From positions 19,530,001 to 19,594,000 of the forward strand of contig OZ024765.1 in the NCBI GenBank assembly GCA_964016885.1: a DNA stretch of 64,000 bases, given 5' to 3'. Source of the DNA: Eledone cirrhosa. Lineage: Eukaryota. How positions within the stretch are numbered: the first letter of the stretch is position 1; every line of letters starts with the position of its first letter. The notes under the pieces were generated by a model. The model was not told the DNA's origin, searched no databases, and was given only the letters and a program-made list of their open reading frames with translations. Both the position numbers and the translations under genes were made by a program. This document shows positions 1 to 13,593 of the stretch, piece after piece.

Positions 1-1400
1 CATGCTGGTCTAACTATAGATAATCTGAACTCCCTGGCCCTAGACTAAGGCCATGCTGGTCTAACTATAGATAATCTGGACTCCCTCGCCCTAGACTAAG
101 GCCATGCTGGTCTAACTATAGATAATCTGGACTCCCTGGCCCTAGACTAAGGCCATGCTGGTCTAACTATAGATAATCTGGACTCCCTGGCCCTAGACTA
201 AGGCCATGCTGGTCTAACTATAGATAATCTGGACTCCCTGGCCCTAGACTAAGGCCATGCTGGTCTAACTATAGATAATCTGGACTCCCTGGCCCTAGAC
301 TAAGGCCATGCTGGTCTAACTATAGATAATCTGGACTCCCTGGCCCTAGACTAAGGCCATGCTGGTCTAACTATAGATAATCTGGACTCCCTGGCCCTAG
401 ACTAAGGCCATGCTGGTCTAACTATAGATAATCTGAACTCCCTGGCCCTAGACTAAGGCCATGCTGGGCTAACTATAGATAATCTGGACTCCCTGGCCCT
501 AGACTACGGCCATGCTGGTCTAACTATAGATAATCTGGACTCCCTGGCCCTAGACTAAGGCCATGCTGGTCTAACTATAGATAATCTGGACTCCCTGGCC
601 CTAGACTAAGGCCATGCTGGTCTAACTATAGATAATCTGGACTCCCTGGCCCTAGACTACGGCCATGCTGGTCTAACTATAGATAATCTGGACTCCCTGG
701 CCCTAGACTAAGGCCATGCTGGTCTAACTATAGATAATCTGGACTCCCTGGCCCTAGACTAAGGCCATGCTGGTCTAACTATAGATAATCTGGACTCCCT
801 CGCCCTAGACTACGGCCATGCTGGTCTAACTATAGATAATCTGGACTCCCTGGCCCTAGACTAAGGCCATGCTGGTCTAACTATAGATAATCTGGACTCC
901 CTGGCCCTAGACTAAGGCCATGCTGGTCTAACTATAGATAATCTGGACTCCCTGGCCCTAGACTACGGCCATGCTGGTCTAACTATAGATAATCTGGACT
1001 CCCTGGCCCTAGACTACGGCCATGCTGGTCTAACTATAGATAATCTGGACTCCCTGGCCCTAGACTAAGGCCATGCTGGTCTAACTATAGATAATCTGGA
1101 CTCCCTGGCCCTAGACTAAGGCCATGCTGGTCTAACTATAGATAATCTGGACTCCCTCGCCCTAGACTACGGCCATGCTGGTCTAACTATAGATAATCTG
1201 GACTCCCTGGCCCTAGACTAAGGCCATGCTGGTCTAACTATAGATAATCTGGACTCCCTCGCCCTAGACTAAGGCCATGCTGGGCTAACTATAGATAATC
1301 TGGACTCCCTGGCCCTAGACTACGGCCATGCTGGGCTAATTTGGGTTAACTTTAGATAATCTAAACCCCTGGCCTTTGACTACGGCCATGCTGGGTTAAC
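1..1400. repeat. 51-bp minisatellite, about 27 copies (runs off the window start)
   Basis: Unit catgctggtctaactatagataatctggactccctggccctagactaaggc, period 51. Confidence 0.97.
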
Positions 1401-1959
1401 CTAACCCTCACTCCACTCCACCTTAAAGGGTTTCATTTAGTCAATCGTATCAACTATCGACGCCAAAAGACGATTAAGTCGAACCCCAGTGTATTACTGG
1501 TACTTTATTTTATCGACCTTTGTAAGGATGAAAGGCAAAGTTTAACGATCTCGCCCAGGTTAACTTTGCCTTTCATCCTTACGGCGTCGATAAAATAAAG
1601 TACCAGTAATGCGCTGGGGTCGATATAATAGACGCCCCCCTCCCACCCCCCTTCGTCAAAAGAATTGTTGGCCTTGTGCCTAAATCAGAAACTATTATTA
1701 TTATTTTTGTTTGTCGATCCGCTAAGTTGGGACGTAAACACACACACACACGAGTGTATGTCTTTGTGTGTATGGGGGGGGGGGGGGGCTATATTGGATC
1801 TCCGTCGGTTCCGACGACGTGTGTTTCAGTTGTTCGACCAATGGAAACATCCTGATCGCGAAAATTAACGTGCAAGTGCCCGAGCATTCTGCAGGCACAT
1901 GTAGCCTTAATGTGGTTCCAACAAAGAAGCCCCTGACCGACATAGTAGCTTCAACTGTT

Positions 1960-2350
1960 AGAACTAGCAGCCAAATAAATATTCCTCAAATCACAGGAGC
2001 CAACAAGGAAGTCTCTAGCGTGGTAGTTCGATCTGCTAGAAATAGCAGCCAAATCTTCCTCAAATCACAGGAGTCAAAAGGAAGCCTCTAGCATGGTAGT
2101 TCGATCTGCTAGAAATAGCAGCCAAATCTTCCTCAAATCACAGGAGTCAAAAGGAAGCCTCTAGCCTGGTAGTTCGATCTGCTAGAAATAGCAGCCAAAT
2201 CTTCCTCAAATCACAGGAGTCAAAAGGAAGCCTCTAGCATGGTAGTTCGATCTGCTAGAAATAGCAGCTAAATCTTCCTTAAATCGCAGGTGCCAACAAG
2301 AAGTCTCCAACGTGGTTGTTAAACTTGTTAAGAATAGGAGCCAAATCTGC
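1960..2350. repeat. 73-bp tandem repeat, about 5 copies
   Basis: aatagcagcc recurs at 2041, 2114 and 2187. Confidence 0.85.
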
Positions 2351-2371
2351 CTCCAGTCACACACCACTGTC

Positions 2372-2600
2372 TTAACCCTTTAGCATTTACATTACTCTAT
2401 ATGTACTATTGTATTTTCATGGTAAAGGTTTTACCTCATATGATTATCTCACATAATATTGAATCTATGAGATTTTGTTATTATTTATTTTGAGAACAAT
2501 ACCTTAACACCAGTATGAGTGGCCAGTTACAGCTGGTTTGAACAGAAAGAAGTGAGAGAAGTCTGGCCAGATACGGCTGGTTTAAATGCTAAAGGGTTAA
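2372..2600. mobile_element. piggyBac-like MITE
   Basis: TTAA-CCCTTTAGCATTTA ... TAAATGCTAAAGGG-TTAA: perfect 14-bp TIR plus TTAA target duplication. Confidence 0.75.
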
Positions 2601-3039
2601 ACAAAGGAAAAACATATTAGATAATGCCATACTCTATATACTCGTATAATGATGAGATGGTCACAACTCAGTCAGGACTGACCTGGGGTTAAACAACAGC
2701 AATATACAAAGTTCAGTCATAATTCTGGCATCATCATCATCATCATCATTTTACCATCTGCTTTCCCTGCTAGCAAGGGTTGGACGAGTTTACATAGACA
2801 AAGTCAGTACTAAAGCGGAGTTCCTGGTCTTCTAGGCTGGCCAGAGATCTGTGTCTTGCTTATGTACAGTTAACGCTCCACCAAGTGCACGGGAGACGTT
2901 GGCATATCTTTGACATGACTGAGAGTCCTCCCAGCCCTTTGTTTGGCAAGATCTGTCTATCCACCCATCCACCCATCTAACTTTCAAATCCATATAAGGC
3001 TTGGCCCCCATGCTATCTGCCCATTACAAAAATCATATC

Positions 3040-3465
3040 CTGGCAACTGACTTGGTAAACACCCACAAAATTATTAACCATCTTGCCAACAACAACCCTG
3101 AGCACCTTTTTGATTTCCATGTGTCTAACACTGGTGAACATGTCAACAAAGTCAGAAAATAGCACAGCTCCCATCTTTTGGAAACATTTTTTTCACGCTC
3201 AGAGTTGCTGAATCATGGAACAAACTCCCTGCATCAGTTGTTAGCTGTTGAGACACTGCATCCTTTAAAACCTCCATGGAACAAACTCCCTGCATCAGTT
3301 GTTAGCTGTCGAGACACTGCATCCTTTAAAACTTCCATGCTTCCTGATACACTGTTCACTTTCCTGACATTTGTACATTATTCTATGTACAATACATGCA
3401 CCTTTGATGAGTTGTAGTGCACCTGAGCACTGTACACAATAATTTCATTATCATTATTATTAATA
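3040..3465 (+). mobile_element. CR1/L2-group LINE 3' fragment; further copies at 6421-6920 (-), 21690-22280 (+), 39605-39720 (-)
   Basis: The 6720-6920 copy translates TRGHAYKIRKQ..FRRHFFTLRVAEAWNKLPASIV; the copies share a 3' end ending in (ATT)n. Confidence 0.8.
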
Positions 3466-3965
3466 TTACTATTGTAATTTGCCTTACACCCTTCTGTTAT
3501 ATACTGATGTTGCTAAAATGTACTGGTGTTGATAAAATGTAAGATGGTTGATTAACAGAATTGGTAGAGCATGTGATAAAATACCATTTGGTATTTGTTC
3601 TGACTCTTTATATTCTGAATTTAAATCCTACCGAGGTTAACTTTACCTTTCATCCTTCCAATGCCAATAAAATAAAGTACCAGTTAAATACTGGTGTTGA
3701 TTTATTCAGCTTTAACCTTCATCTAATGTTGCTGGCTTGTTTCTAAATTAGGAATCAATATTATAGATGGTCACCTTTACCTTTCATCATTCTGGGGTGG
3801 ATGAAATAAAGTACCAGTTAAATACTGGGGTCGATTTAATCAACTTTACTCCGACCCCCAAATTCACTTATCTTGTCCCTAAATCAGAAATAAATTCACA
3901 CAATTCTTCAACAACAGAGACTTAAATGAGATGACAATTATTTACCTTCATCATTTAATGTGGTG

Positions 3966-4162
3966 TTGTCTTACACATTAGAGAAACAGTGTTACACATT
4001 AGAGAAACAGTGTTACACAGAGAAGCAGTGTTACACATTAGAGAAACAGTGTTACACATTAGAGAAACAGTGTTACACATTAGAGAAATAGTCTTACACA
4101 TTAGAGAAACAGTCTTACACATTAGAGAAATAGTTTTACACCGAGAAACAGTCTTACACAGA
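3966..4162. repeat. 21-bp minisatellite
   Basis: (gttacacattagagaaacagt)n, about 9 copies. Confidence 0.9.
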
Positions 4163-5049
4163 GGAGTAGTCTACCAAAATAGAAACCAAACACTTTCGTT
4201 TCTTAATTATTAATTCAGAATATCTATTTTAAATTTTAAATTTGCTTATTTAAGAAATATGAAAATATCCTGAATTACCTCCCATTGACCACATATTTCC
4301 CAAATTGAAGCTAATCAAATATTTAATTCACTCTTAACTCCCTGCAATAATTTAGCAGAAAAAATATCTAAAATGTGTTTGTTAACTCAAATATCTATAG
4401 TATATTTTACTGGTGGACAGATCGTTGGTAAAATTTTAAGTAAACTAAAGTAAAGGCTTTAATATTTAATATAATGTAGTCACAGTGTTGTTTTGTATTT
4501 TTCAAGAATGTCTTGTTAACCTTTTAATATTTGCACTGTAAATGTGGTTGGTGTTAGGAAGGGCATCCAGCCGTAGAAAACCTGCCAGATAGTCCTATAT
4601 GAGCGAGACATGGTCACCCAACCAACCTTGCCTCAAGTGGGACAACTCCTGTCTAACCCATGTTAGCGTGGAAAATGGACGTTAAACGAAGATGATGATG
4701 ATGATGATAATTAATCTATATATTCTATTATATTTTCATGGTAAAGGCTTTATCTATCTAGCAATATATTACTAAAAGTCTGTGATTGTTTGTTTGTCTG
4801 TAATGTAATACAATCGAAAGGGCGCATAATGGTAAAATAGTTTGAATGGAAGCTGACCCTGAAATGGGAATACAAATGGAATAAAACAAGTTTCGCTTAA
4901 ATCGGAGCACGGGTTCCCGAGATAAGGTTTTTTTTGGGGGTACCTTTATAAACAAAGAGAAAGAAAGATAGAGAGAAGAAGATAGTCGTTGTGAGAGAGT
5001 AGATTGAAAGAGAAACATAGAGAGAGAGAGAGACAGAGAAGGAGAATGA

Positions 5050-5662
5050 TAGATATATTTCTTTATTAGCCACAGGGGTACAAAAGAAGGGGACAAATAC
5101 AAAGGGGGAAGTTTACATACAATAAAAACGTGTAAAATGTTATCACAAATGGAATTTAAAAAGTTAGTCGTTTTTCCCCAATAGAGGGAGACAGTTTATA
5201 TGGGTAACACATACCCCCGAAAAAAAATGTGCAACCCTCATCTCCAGGAATACGAAGAGTTTGTACTCCTTTCCTCTCCTCCTCCTTTTCCTCAACCTAC
5301 AGGCTGATATAGAGAGAAGGCCCATTCACTCGGGCCATTCTCGCCACTTTCACCCACCTTTCATAAAACTTGCTGGGGTACAGCACCTCTCTCTCCATCC
5401 TGATTCTTCTTCCAAAGTGGTATTTGAAAAAAAGAATCAGTTGTTGGCCGGAGAGAAAGGTGTCTGACCTCAGCCCTTTCAACCTTGTCCACCATACAAC
5501 CTCTTTCGCCATAGCTATCACACAAAGGAAAACCGCCTCTCCTTCGGTTTTGAAGGAGGGTGGCGGTTTGATCATGACAATGGACTCGGTGGTCAACTGG
5601 ATTGGTCCTACCCGCGACAATAGTCATTCTACATAGCCCCACAGGTCAGTGACGTCCCGAGA
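5050..5662 (-). mobile_element. L1/Tx1-like LINE 3' fragment
   Basis: ORF ..FLCVIAMAKEVVWWTRL..FYERWV..; AATAAA near the 3' end; flanked by GATA repeats. Confidence 0.55.
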
Positions 5663-6039
5663 ATGATAGATAGATAGAATGATAGATAGATAGATAGATA
5701 GATAGATATATATATAGAGAGAGAGCTGGTGGTGTTGTTGTAGAGATTTTAAATGCTAAAGTGTTAATGTGGTTTTATGTGGTACAGTATGTTAAAAGTT
5801 AAATGATATATTAATTTGTAAGGATCCTTAAAAATTTGACAGATGATACAAAGGTGTATTTATGATGCAATAATATTTATTTATGTTATAACTGCTTATT
5901 AACTTCTGACATGCATTTTATATGTTTGATGGTGATCCTTAACCCTTTACGATTTACATTACTCTATATATACTATTGTATTTTTGTGTTAAAGGCTTTA
6001 TTTTACACTAGCTAATGGTGCTCCTTAAGGAAATTAGGT

Positions 6040-7350
6040 GTCGAAGAATGGCTTGTTAATGTGGTTTCAGCACTACACCCCACTGCCACCCCATTCTATA
6101 TATTACAGTATCTTTATTACAGGATACAACACTCCACCCGACTGCTACCTCATTCCACATATACAAGACTTCTTGACTCAGATAGCTGGGTGCTCAATGT
6201 TTTCCAAAAATCGACCCCCATCCGAGGGTATCATCAAATACCTGTACAAGATGATGATATTCCTAAGACCTCTGCTATCACTCCTTTCGGACTGTATGGG
6301 TTCTGTGTAGACCTTTCATCTTAAAAATTGGAGCACAATCCCCCTCAGTGCTTGATGGACACCGTGTACCTGGGCCCAGACTTTGTGTTTGTATACCTAG
6401 ATGACATCCTTATTGCAAGTCAATAATAATAAAATAATAATAATGAAATTATTGTGTACAGTGCTCAGGTGCACTACAACTCATCAAAGGTGCATGTATA
6501 GTACATAGAATAATGTACAAATGTCAGGAAAATGAACAGTGTATGAGTCATGATATAATAACAATAACAATAATGAAATATTGTGTACAGTGCCCAGGTG
6601 CACCACAACTCATCAAAAAAGTGCATGTACAGTACATAGGGCAATGCACAAACATCAGTAAAATGAAAAGTGCACGAGTCATGATACACACATGTGTGCA
6701 TGTGTATGGAAGGGGTACATCAGGTGTAGTTTTGGCGTATTTCAGGAAGCATGAGTGTCTTAAAGGATGCAGTGTCTCGGCAGCTAACAATTGACGCAGG
6801 CAGTTTGTTCCATGCTTCAGCAACTCTGAGCGTGAAAAAATGTCTACGAAAGTCATGGGAGCTGTGCTGTTTTCTGATCTTGTAGGCATGTCCACGTGTG
6901 TTAGACACTTCGGATCCACATAAGAAACACCTAGTGACTCTCTTTAATAGACTTGAACAATATAGTTTGGTAGTCAACCCTGCCAAGTGTGTCTCTGCTG
7001 TTAAAGAAATCAACTCTCTTGAACATTGAATCACAGCTACTGGGATTACACCCTTACCAGAAAACAGTGAAAGTTATCCTTTCATGCGCCATCACGAGCA
7101 AGGCTCTCCACTTATTTGTAGGTATGGTAAACATTTATCATTGTTTCATCCTCTCTGTGGCAAGATGGATGAGACCACTGTACCCTGTCAGGAAAGAGTT
7201 ATAAAATCAGGTGGAGTGGGATGGTGCAATGGCCTCAGCCTTCCAATTCACGAAAGAAACTCTCACTAAAGCAACCATTCTTTCCCATCCTCATATGTTG
7301 ATTGGCGGACAACAGGGCATGGTTTCCATCGATAGATTGAAACCAGCCAC
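6040..7350 (+). mobile_element. Decayed Gypsy LTR retrotransposon pol, interrupted by a CR1 fragment
   Basis: Frameshifted PDCYLIPHIQDF / RGYHQIPVQDDDIPKTSAITPFGLY / FVFVYLDDILIAS; resumes after 6920 with HLVTLFNRLEQYSLVVNPAKC; VSIDRLKPA near 7320. Confidence 0.8.
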
Positions 7351-7535
7351 ACACACACACACATATATATCATCATCATCATCATCACCGTTTAATGTCT
7401 ACTTTTCCACGCTGGCATGGGTTATGAGCTATTCTGTTATGAGCAATGCCATGGTCAGGTGACCATGTCGTTCTCATACAGAACTGATCCAGGCTTGGTT
7501 TCTACAGCTGGATGCCCTTCCTAGTGCCAATCTCA

Positions 7536-9562
7536 TTTACAGTGTGGACTGGGTACTTTTTGTTGTGACACCAACATGACCACTTTACAGTGTGGACTGG
7601 GTGCTTTTTGTTGTGACACCTACATGACCACTTTACAGTGTGGACTGGGTGCTTTTTGTTGTGACACCTACATGACCACTTTACAGTGTGGACTGGGTGC
7701 TTTTTGTTGTGACACCTACATGACCACTTTACAGTGTGGACTGGGTGCTTTTTGTTGTGACACCTACATGACCACTTTACAGTGTGGACTGGGTACTTTT
7801 TGTTGTGACTCCTACATAACCACATTACAGTGTGGACTGGGTATTGTTTGTTGTGACTCCTACATGACCACTTTACAGTGTGGACTGGGTGTTGTTTGTT
7901 GTGACACCTACATGACCACTGTACAGTGTGGACTGGGTGCTTTTTGATGTGACACCTACATGACCACTGTACAGTGTGGACTGGGTGCTTTTTGTTGTGA
8001 CACCTACATGACCACTTTACAGCGTGGACTGGGTGCTTATTGTTGTGACTCCTACATGACCACTTTACAGTGTGGACTGGGTGCTTTTTGATGTGACACC
8101 TACATGACCACTTTACACTGTGGACTGGGTGTTGTTTGTTGTGACACCTACATGACCACTTTACAGTGTGGGCTGGGTGTTGTTTGTTGTGACACCTACA
8201 TGACCACTTTACACTGTGGACTGGGTGTTGTTTGTTGTGATACCTACATGACCACTTTACAGTGTGGACTGGGTGCTTTTTGTTGTGTCACCTACATGAC
8301 CACATTACAGTGTGGACTGGGTGTTGTTTGTTGTGACTCCTACATGACCACTTTACAGTGTGGACTGGGTGTTGTTTGTCATGACACCTACATGACCACT
8401 TTACAGTGTGGACTGGGTACTTTTTGTTGTGACACCTACATGACCACATTACAGTGTGGACTGGGTGTTGTTTGTTGTGACTCCTACATGACCACTTTAC
8501 AGTGTGGACTGGGTGTTGTTTGTTGTGACACCTACATGACCACTGTACAGTGTGGACTGGGTGCTTTTTGATGTGACACCTACATGACCACTGTACAGTG
8601 TGGACTGGGTGCTTTTTGATGTGACACCTACATGACCACTTTACAGCGTGGACTGGGTGCTTATTGTTGTGACTCCTACATGACCACTTTACAGTGTGGA
8701 CTGGGTGCTTTTTGATGTGACACCTACATGACCACTTTACACTGTGGACTGGGTGTTGTTTGTTGTGACACCTACATGACCACTTTACAGTGTGGACTGT
8801 GTGTTGTTTGTTGTGACACCTACATGACCACTTTACAGTGTGGGCTGGGTGTTGTTTGTTGTGACACCTACATGACCACTTTACACTGTGGACTGGGTGT
8901 TGTTTGTTGTGATACCTACATGACCACTTTACAGTGTGGACTGGGTGTGTTTTGTTGTGACACCAACATGACCACTGTACAGTGTGGACTGGGTGTTGTT
9001 TGTTGTGACACCAACATGACCACTGTACAGTGTGGACTGGGTGTTTTTTGTTGTGACACCTACATGACCACTTTACAGTGTGGACTGGGTGTGTTTTGTT
9101 GTGACACCAACATGACCACTGTACAGTGTGGACTGGGTGTTGTTTGTTGTGACACCAACATGACCACTGTACAGTGTGGACTGGGTGTTTTTTGTTGTGA
9201 CACCTACATGACCACTTTACAGTGTGGACTGGGTGTTGTTTGTTGTGACACCTACATGACCACTGTACAGTGTGGACTGGGTATTTTTGTTGTGACTCCT
9301 ACATGACCACTTTAGAGTGTGGACTGGGTACTTTTTGTTGTGACACCTACATTACCACTGTACAGTGTGTACTGGGTGCTTTTTGTTGTGACACCTACAT
9401 GACCATTTTACAGTGTGGACTGGGTGCTTTTTGTTGTGACACCTACATGACCATTTTACAGTGTGGACTGGGTGTTGTTTGTTGTGACACCTACATGACC
9501 ACTTTACAGAGTGCACTGGGTGTTGTTTGTTGACTCCTACATGACCACTTTACAGTGTGGGC
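7536..9562. repeat. 48-bp minisatellite (about 42 copies) expanded inside a retroposon 3' region
   Basis: Unit tttacagtgtggactgggtgctttttgttgtgacacctacatgaccac, flanked by SINE/RTE tail sequence at both ends. Confidence 0.95.
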
Positions 9563-9722
9563 TAGGTCCCAGAATCGGTTCCCGTCCCACCCTTGCAAGC
9601 AGGGAAAAGTGGACGTAAAATGATGATGATGATGATGTGTGTATCTCAGGTTCAATTGGAGGTAACCACAGTAAGTAAGGTACTCAATACATAGTAGAGT
9701 ATATAAAGTTTAATATAGAAAT

Positions 9723-9819
9723 GGCTTCTACAGGACTAGAACTGTTTCATTCAAAGGAAATCATCAGTAAAGCCCTGATGATTTCCTTCAAATGAAACAG
9801 TTCTAGTCCTGTAGAAGCC
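9723..9819. ncRNA. Two oppositely oriented hammerhead cores (family A) inside a fold-back
   Basis: Minus 9723-9774: GGCTTTA-CTGATGA-TTTCCTTTGAAT-GAA-ACAG-TTCTAGTC-CTGT-A-GAAGCC. Plus 9775-9819 repeats the core but lacks the 5' stem I arm. Confidence 0.68.
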
Positions 9820-9889
9820 ATTTCTATATTAAATATTATATATATATATATATAGTGGTAAAAAACTGGGAGGTTATATCTGCTGTGGA

Positions 9890-10440
9890 ACTAACTCTCT
9901 CTCTCTCTCTCACCCTCTCTCTCTCACCCCCTCTCTCTCTCTCACCACCTCTCCCTCTCTCTCACTCTCGCTCTCACCCTCTCTCTCACCCTCTCTCTCT
10001 CGTCCTCTCTCTCTCTCTCTCACCCCTCTCTCTCTCTCTTGCTCTCTCTCTCTCGCCTTCTCTCTTGCCCTCTCTCTCTCCCCCCCTCTCTCTCTTGACC
10101 CCTCTCTCTCTCTCACCCCTCTCTCTCTTGCTCTCTCTCTCTCGCCTTCTCTCTTGCCCTCTCTCTCTCACCCCCTCTCTCTCTTGACCCCTCTCTCTCT
10201 CGCCCTCTCTCTCACTCTCTCTCTCTCTCTCTCTATTTATATATATATGTATGTGTGTGTAAAGAGAAAGAGAGAAAGTTAGACTAATAAACAGAGAGAG
10301 AGAGAGAGAGAGGAGGAGGAGGTGGTGTGGGTAGTGGGGGAGGGGGAAAGAGATGTCAACAATACAGTGACAAGAGAGAGAGAGAGAGAGGAGTAGGTGG
10401 TGGTGGTGGTGGTGGTGTGGGTAGTGGGGGTGGTGTAGGA
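9890..10440. repeat. CT/GA-rich microsatellite block
   Basis: (CT)n, (GA)n and (GGT)n tracts. Confidence 0.9.
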
Positions 10441-10665
10441 AGAGATGTCAACAATACAGAGATGGAGGAGTTACCCAACTTCCTTCCAACCAACATTTCA
10501 AAAGTTTATCTTCACCTCTTTCTATTCTAATAGAGAATAATAGAAGAATGAAAGAATGAAAGAATGAGCGTCTAGAATAATGGAATAGTGGAATACTGAC
10601 ACCCCGACTGTCATATGAAACAAAGAGCTGTGAAAGATCTTGTGATTTGAGTTGATGGCTGTCTG

Positions 10666-11215
10666 TCAAAAAATATATCAGACCTTAGGCTGAATAGAAC
10701 AAATTATGTATGTATGTACTTTGTGAGAGTTAGTAGCTAACCCCTTTCAAAATGGGTCTTTTCTGCCCCCACACATATAGCCCAATGATCCTTCAATTGT
10801 TCCATCAAAAATATATCAGACCTTAGTCTGGGGAGACAAGATTATGTATGTATGTACTTTGTGAGAGTTAGTAGCTAACCCCTTTCAAAATGGGTCCTTT
10901 TCTGCCTCCACACATATAGCCCAATGATCCTTCAATTGTTCCTTCAAAAATATATCAGACCTTAGTCTGGGGAGACAAGATTATGTATGTATGTACTTTG
11001 TGAGAGTTAGTAGCTAACCCCTTTCAAAATGGGTCCTTTTCTGCCTCCACACATATAGCCCAATGATCCTTCAATTGTTCCATCAAAAATATATCAGACC
11101 TTAGTCTGGGGAGACAAGATTATGTATGTATGTACTTGGTAGCAGTTTGTAGGTAACCCCCTTCAAAATAGGCCTTTGTGCCTCCACAGACTTAGCCCAG
11201 TGTTCCTTCAATTCA
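10666..11215. repeat. 139-bp tandem repeat, 4 copies
   Basis: tcaaaaatatatcagaccttag at about 10666, 10805, 10944 and 11083. Confidence 0.92.
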
Positions 11216-11950
11216 TCATCATCATATTACGTCTGCTTTTCCCTGCTTTCAAGGGTGGGACGGGAACTGATTCTGGCTTGATTTCTACAGCTGGATGCCC
11301 TTCCTAACACATACAGTGTATAAAGGTTGTGAGTTCAATTCTCAGACCGGGTGATGTGTTGTTTCCTTGAGCAAGACACTTTATTTCACTTTGCTCCAGT
11401 TTACTCAGCTGTAGAAATGAGATGATAGGGACTGGGGTCCATATCATTCCACTGCAAAGTGGTCGTGGAGGTGCCACGGCAAAAAAGCACCCAGCACTCA
11501 CTGTAAATGAGGTTGGTGTTAGGAAGGGCATCCAGCTGTAGAAATCAAGCCAGAATCAGTTCCCGTATGAGCAAGACAAGGTCAGCCGACCGGACACTGC
11601 CCACAACAGGACAACCCGTCTAACCCATGCTAGCATGGAAGAATGGACGTAAAACGGTGATGATGATGATGATGATCATCATCATCATCATTTCATCATT
11701 TCATTTTACGTCCGCCTTTTCCCTGCTTGCAAGGGTGGGACGGGAACTGATTCTGGCTTGATTTCTACAGCTGGATGCCCTTCCTAACACCAACCTCATT
11801 TACAGTGAGTGCTGGGTGCTTTTTTTGCCGTGGCACCTCCACGACCACTTTGCAGTGGAATGATATGGACCCCAGTCCCTATCATCTCATTTCTACAGCT
11901 GAGTAAACTGGAGCAATGTGAAATAAAGTGTCTTGCTCAAGGAAACAACA
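11215..11950. mobile_element. Cluster of SINE family A fragments in both orientations
   Basis: gttaggaagggcatccagctgtagaaa and ccttgagcaagacactttatttcac blocks on both strands. Confidence 0.85.
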
Positions 11951-12499
11951 ATATATATATATATTTATCAGAATTTTGTAGCTTGCTTGAAGTATTGTTG
12001 AATAGGAAACACAAATTTATATATATATACAAACAAATGCTCATGCATACAAATGGATAAATCTAGACACAAAAAAAAAAAAAAAAAAAAAAAGCACTCA
12101 ATACGTTATGTACAGTGTTTATTTCTGTAGTTTTGCAGTCAGTGGTCTCTGCAGACATACAGATCTGCATGGATAGACATACATGCAGGAAAAAAAATCA
12201 ATTAAAACAACTTACTTCCATTTGTAGAGGACATGACCCCTAGAATGAAGGCAAAATTCTTAACAAATATAAATATGGTATATACCTGAATATAAGCCAA
12301 TTTGGATATAAGCTGACCCCTATTTTATGCCTGAGAAATGGGCAAAAATTCAAACCCTGTTTATAAACAGAGACAGCTAATGAACACATTGTTTAGATGG
12401 TATATATAAGCCAACCTTGTTGTTTTACCATCGAGTTTTTGGTCATGTATTCAAAGACTTTGTCCCTGGGTAAGAGGCAGATATCTCATCTAGTTTCCA

Positions 12500-12915
12500 C
12501 AATCAGTGACTCTTTTGCTCCCCCCTGACATCATGGAAGGTGTAGTAAATGCGAGGGTCACTGCTTCTATTGCCAAATGGAATAAAATCTTAAAATACCA
12601 GGAACTATCAATTAAATATTTTTTCCAGTCTGTGGCATTTGAGTCATTTGGTCGAGCTGGGCCTCTGACAGGTAAGTTCTTGTCATTGTTAGCAGCTCAC
12701 CTTTCCGAGATGTCAGATGATGTCCCTGATGGTGTTTGTTTGTTTCAGTGCCTTGGCGTTGCTATCACCTGCATTAATACTGTGAGCGTGTCGGCTTGCC
12801 CCTAAAGTTTCCATTGACCTGTGGTGTGTGACTGATTGTTGCACTTGGTTGTGAATTGTTGGTTGTTTTTGTTTGGTCTCTCGGTTGGATCATATATTTT
12901 TCTGTATTGTATTTA
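12500..12915 (+). mobile_element. CRE-like non-LTR element C-terminal (restriction-like endonuclease) relic
   Basis: KILKYQELSIKYFFQSVAFESFGRAGP..FLSLLAAHL..LFQCLGVAI resembles the K..KY / P.A.E..G RLE motif. Confidence 0.6.
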
Positions 12916-13593
12916 TGAGGTTCCTAGCAATATTTATATATGTTTATATTTGTGAGGTTCCTAGCAATATTTATATATATTTATATTTGTGAGTTTCCTA
13001 GCAATATTTATATATGTTTATATTTGTGAGGTTCCTAGCAATATTTATATATGTTTATATTTGTGAGGTTCCTAGCAATATTTATATATGTTTATATTTG
13101 TGAGGTTCCTAGCAATATTTATATGTTTATATTTGTGAGGTTCCTAGCAATATTTATATATGTTTATATTTGTGAGATTCCTAGCAATATTTATATATGT
13201 TTATATTTGTGAGATTCCTAGCAATATTTATATATGTTTATATTTGTGAGGTTCCTAGCAATATTTATATATGTTTATATTTGTGAGATTCCTAGCAATA
13301 TTTATATATGTTTATATTTGTGAGGTTCCTAGCAATATTTATATATGTTTATATTTGTGAGGTTCCTAGCAATATTTATATATGTTTATATTTGTGAGTT
13401 TCCTGGCAATATTTATATATGTTTATATTTGTGAGGTTCCGAGCAATATTTATATATGTTTATATTTGTGAGGTTCCTAGCAATATTTATATATGTTTAT
13501 ATTTGTGAGTTTCCTGGCAATATTTATATATGTTTATATTTGTGAGGTTCCTAGCAATATTTATATATGTTTATATTTGTGAGGTTCCGAGCA
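12915..13593. repeat. 37-bp minisatellite, about 18 copies
   Basis: (gaggttcctagcaatatttatatatgtttatatttgt)n. Confidence 0.95.

Noticed and set aside
1-1400. CRISPR-like regular repeats (also 7536-9562, 25966-30290, 43800-45440)
   Set aside because: Units are head-to-tail with no unique spacers, there are no cas genes, and the context is eukaryotic.
7576-9533. Cys-rich repetitive ORFs (metallothionein/keratin-like)
   Set aside because: These are translations of a 48-bp array from non-coding retroposon sequence, broken by stops and frameshifts.
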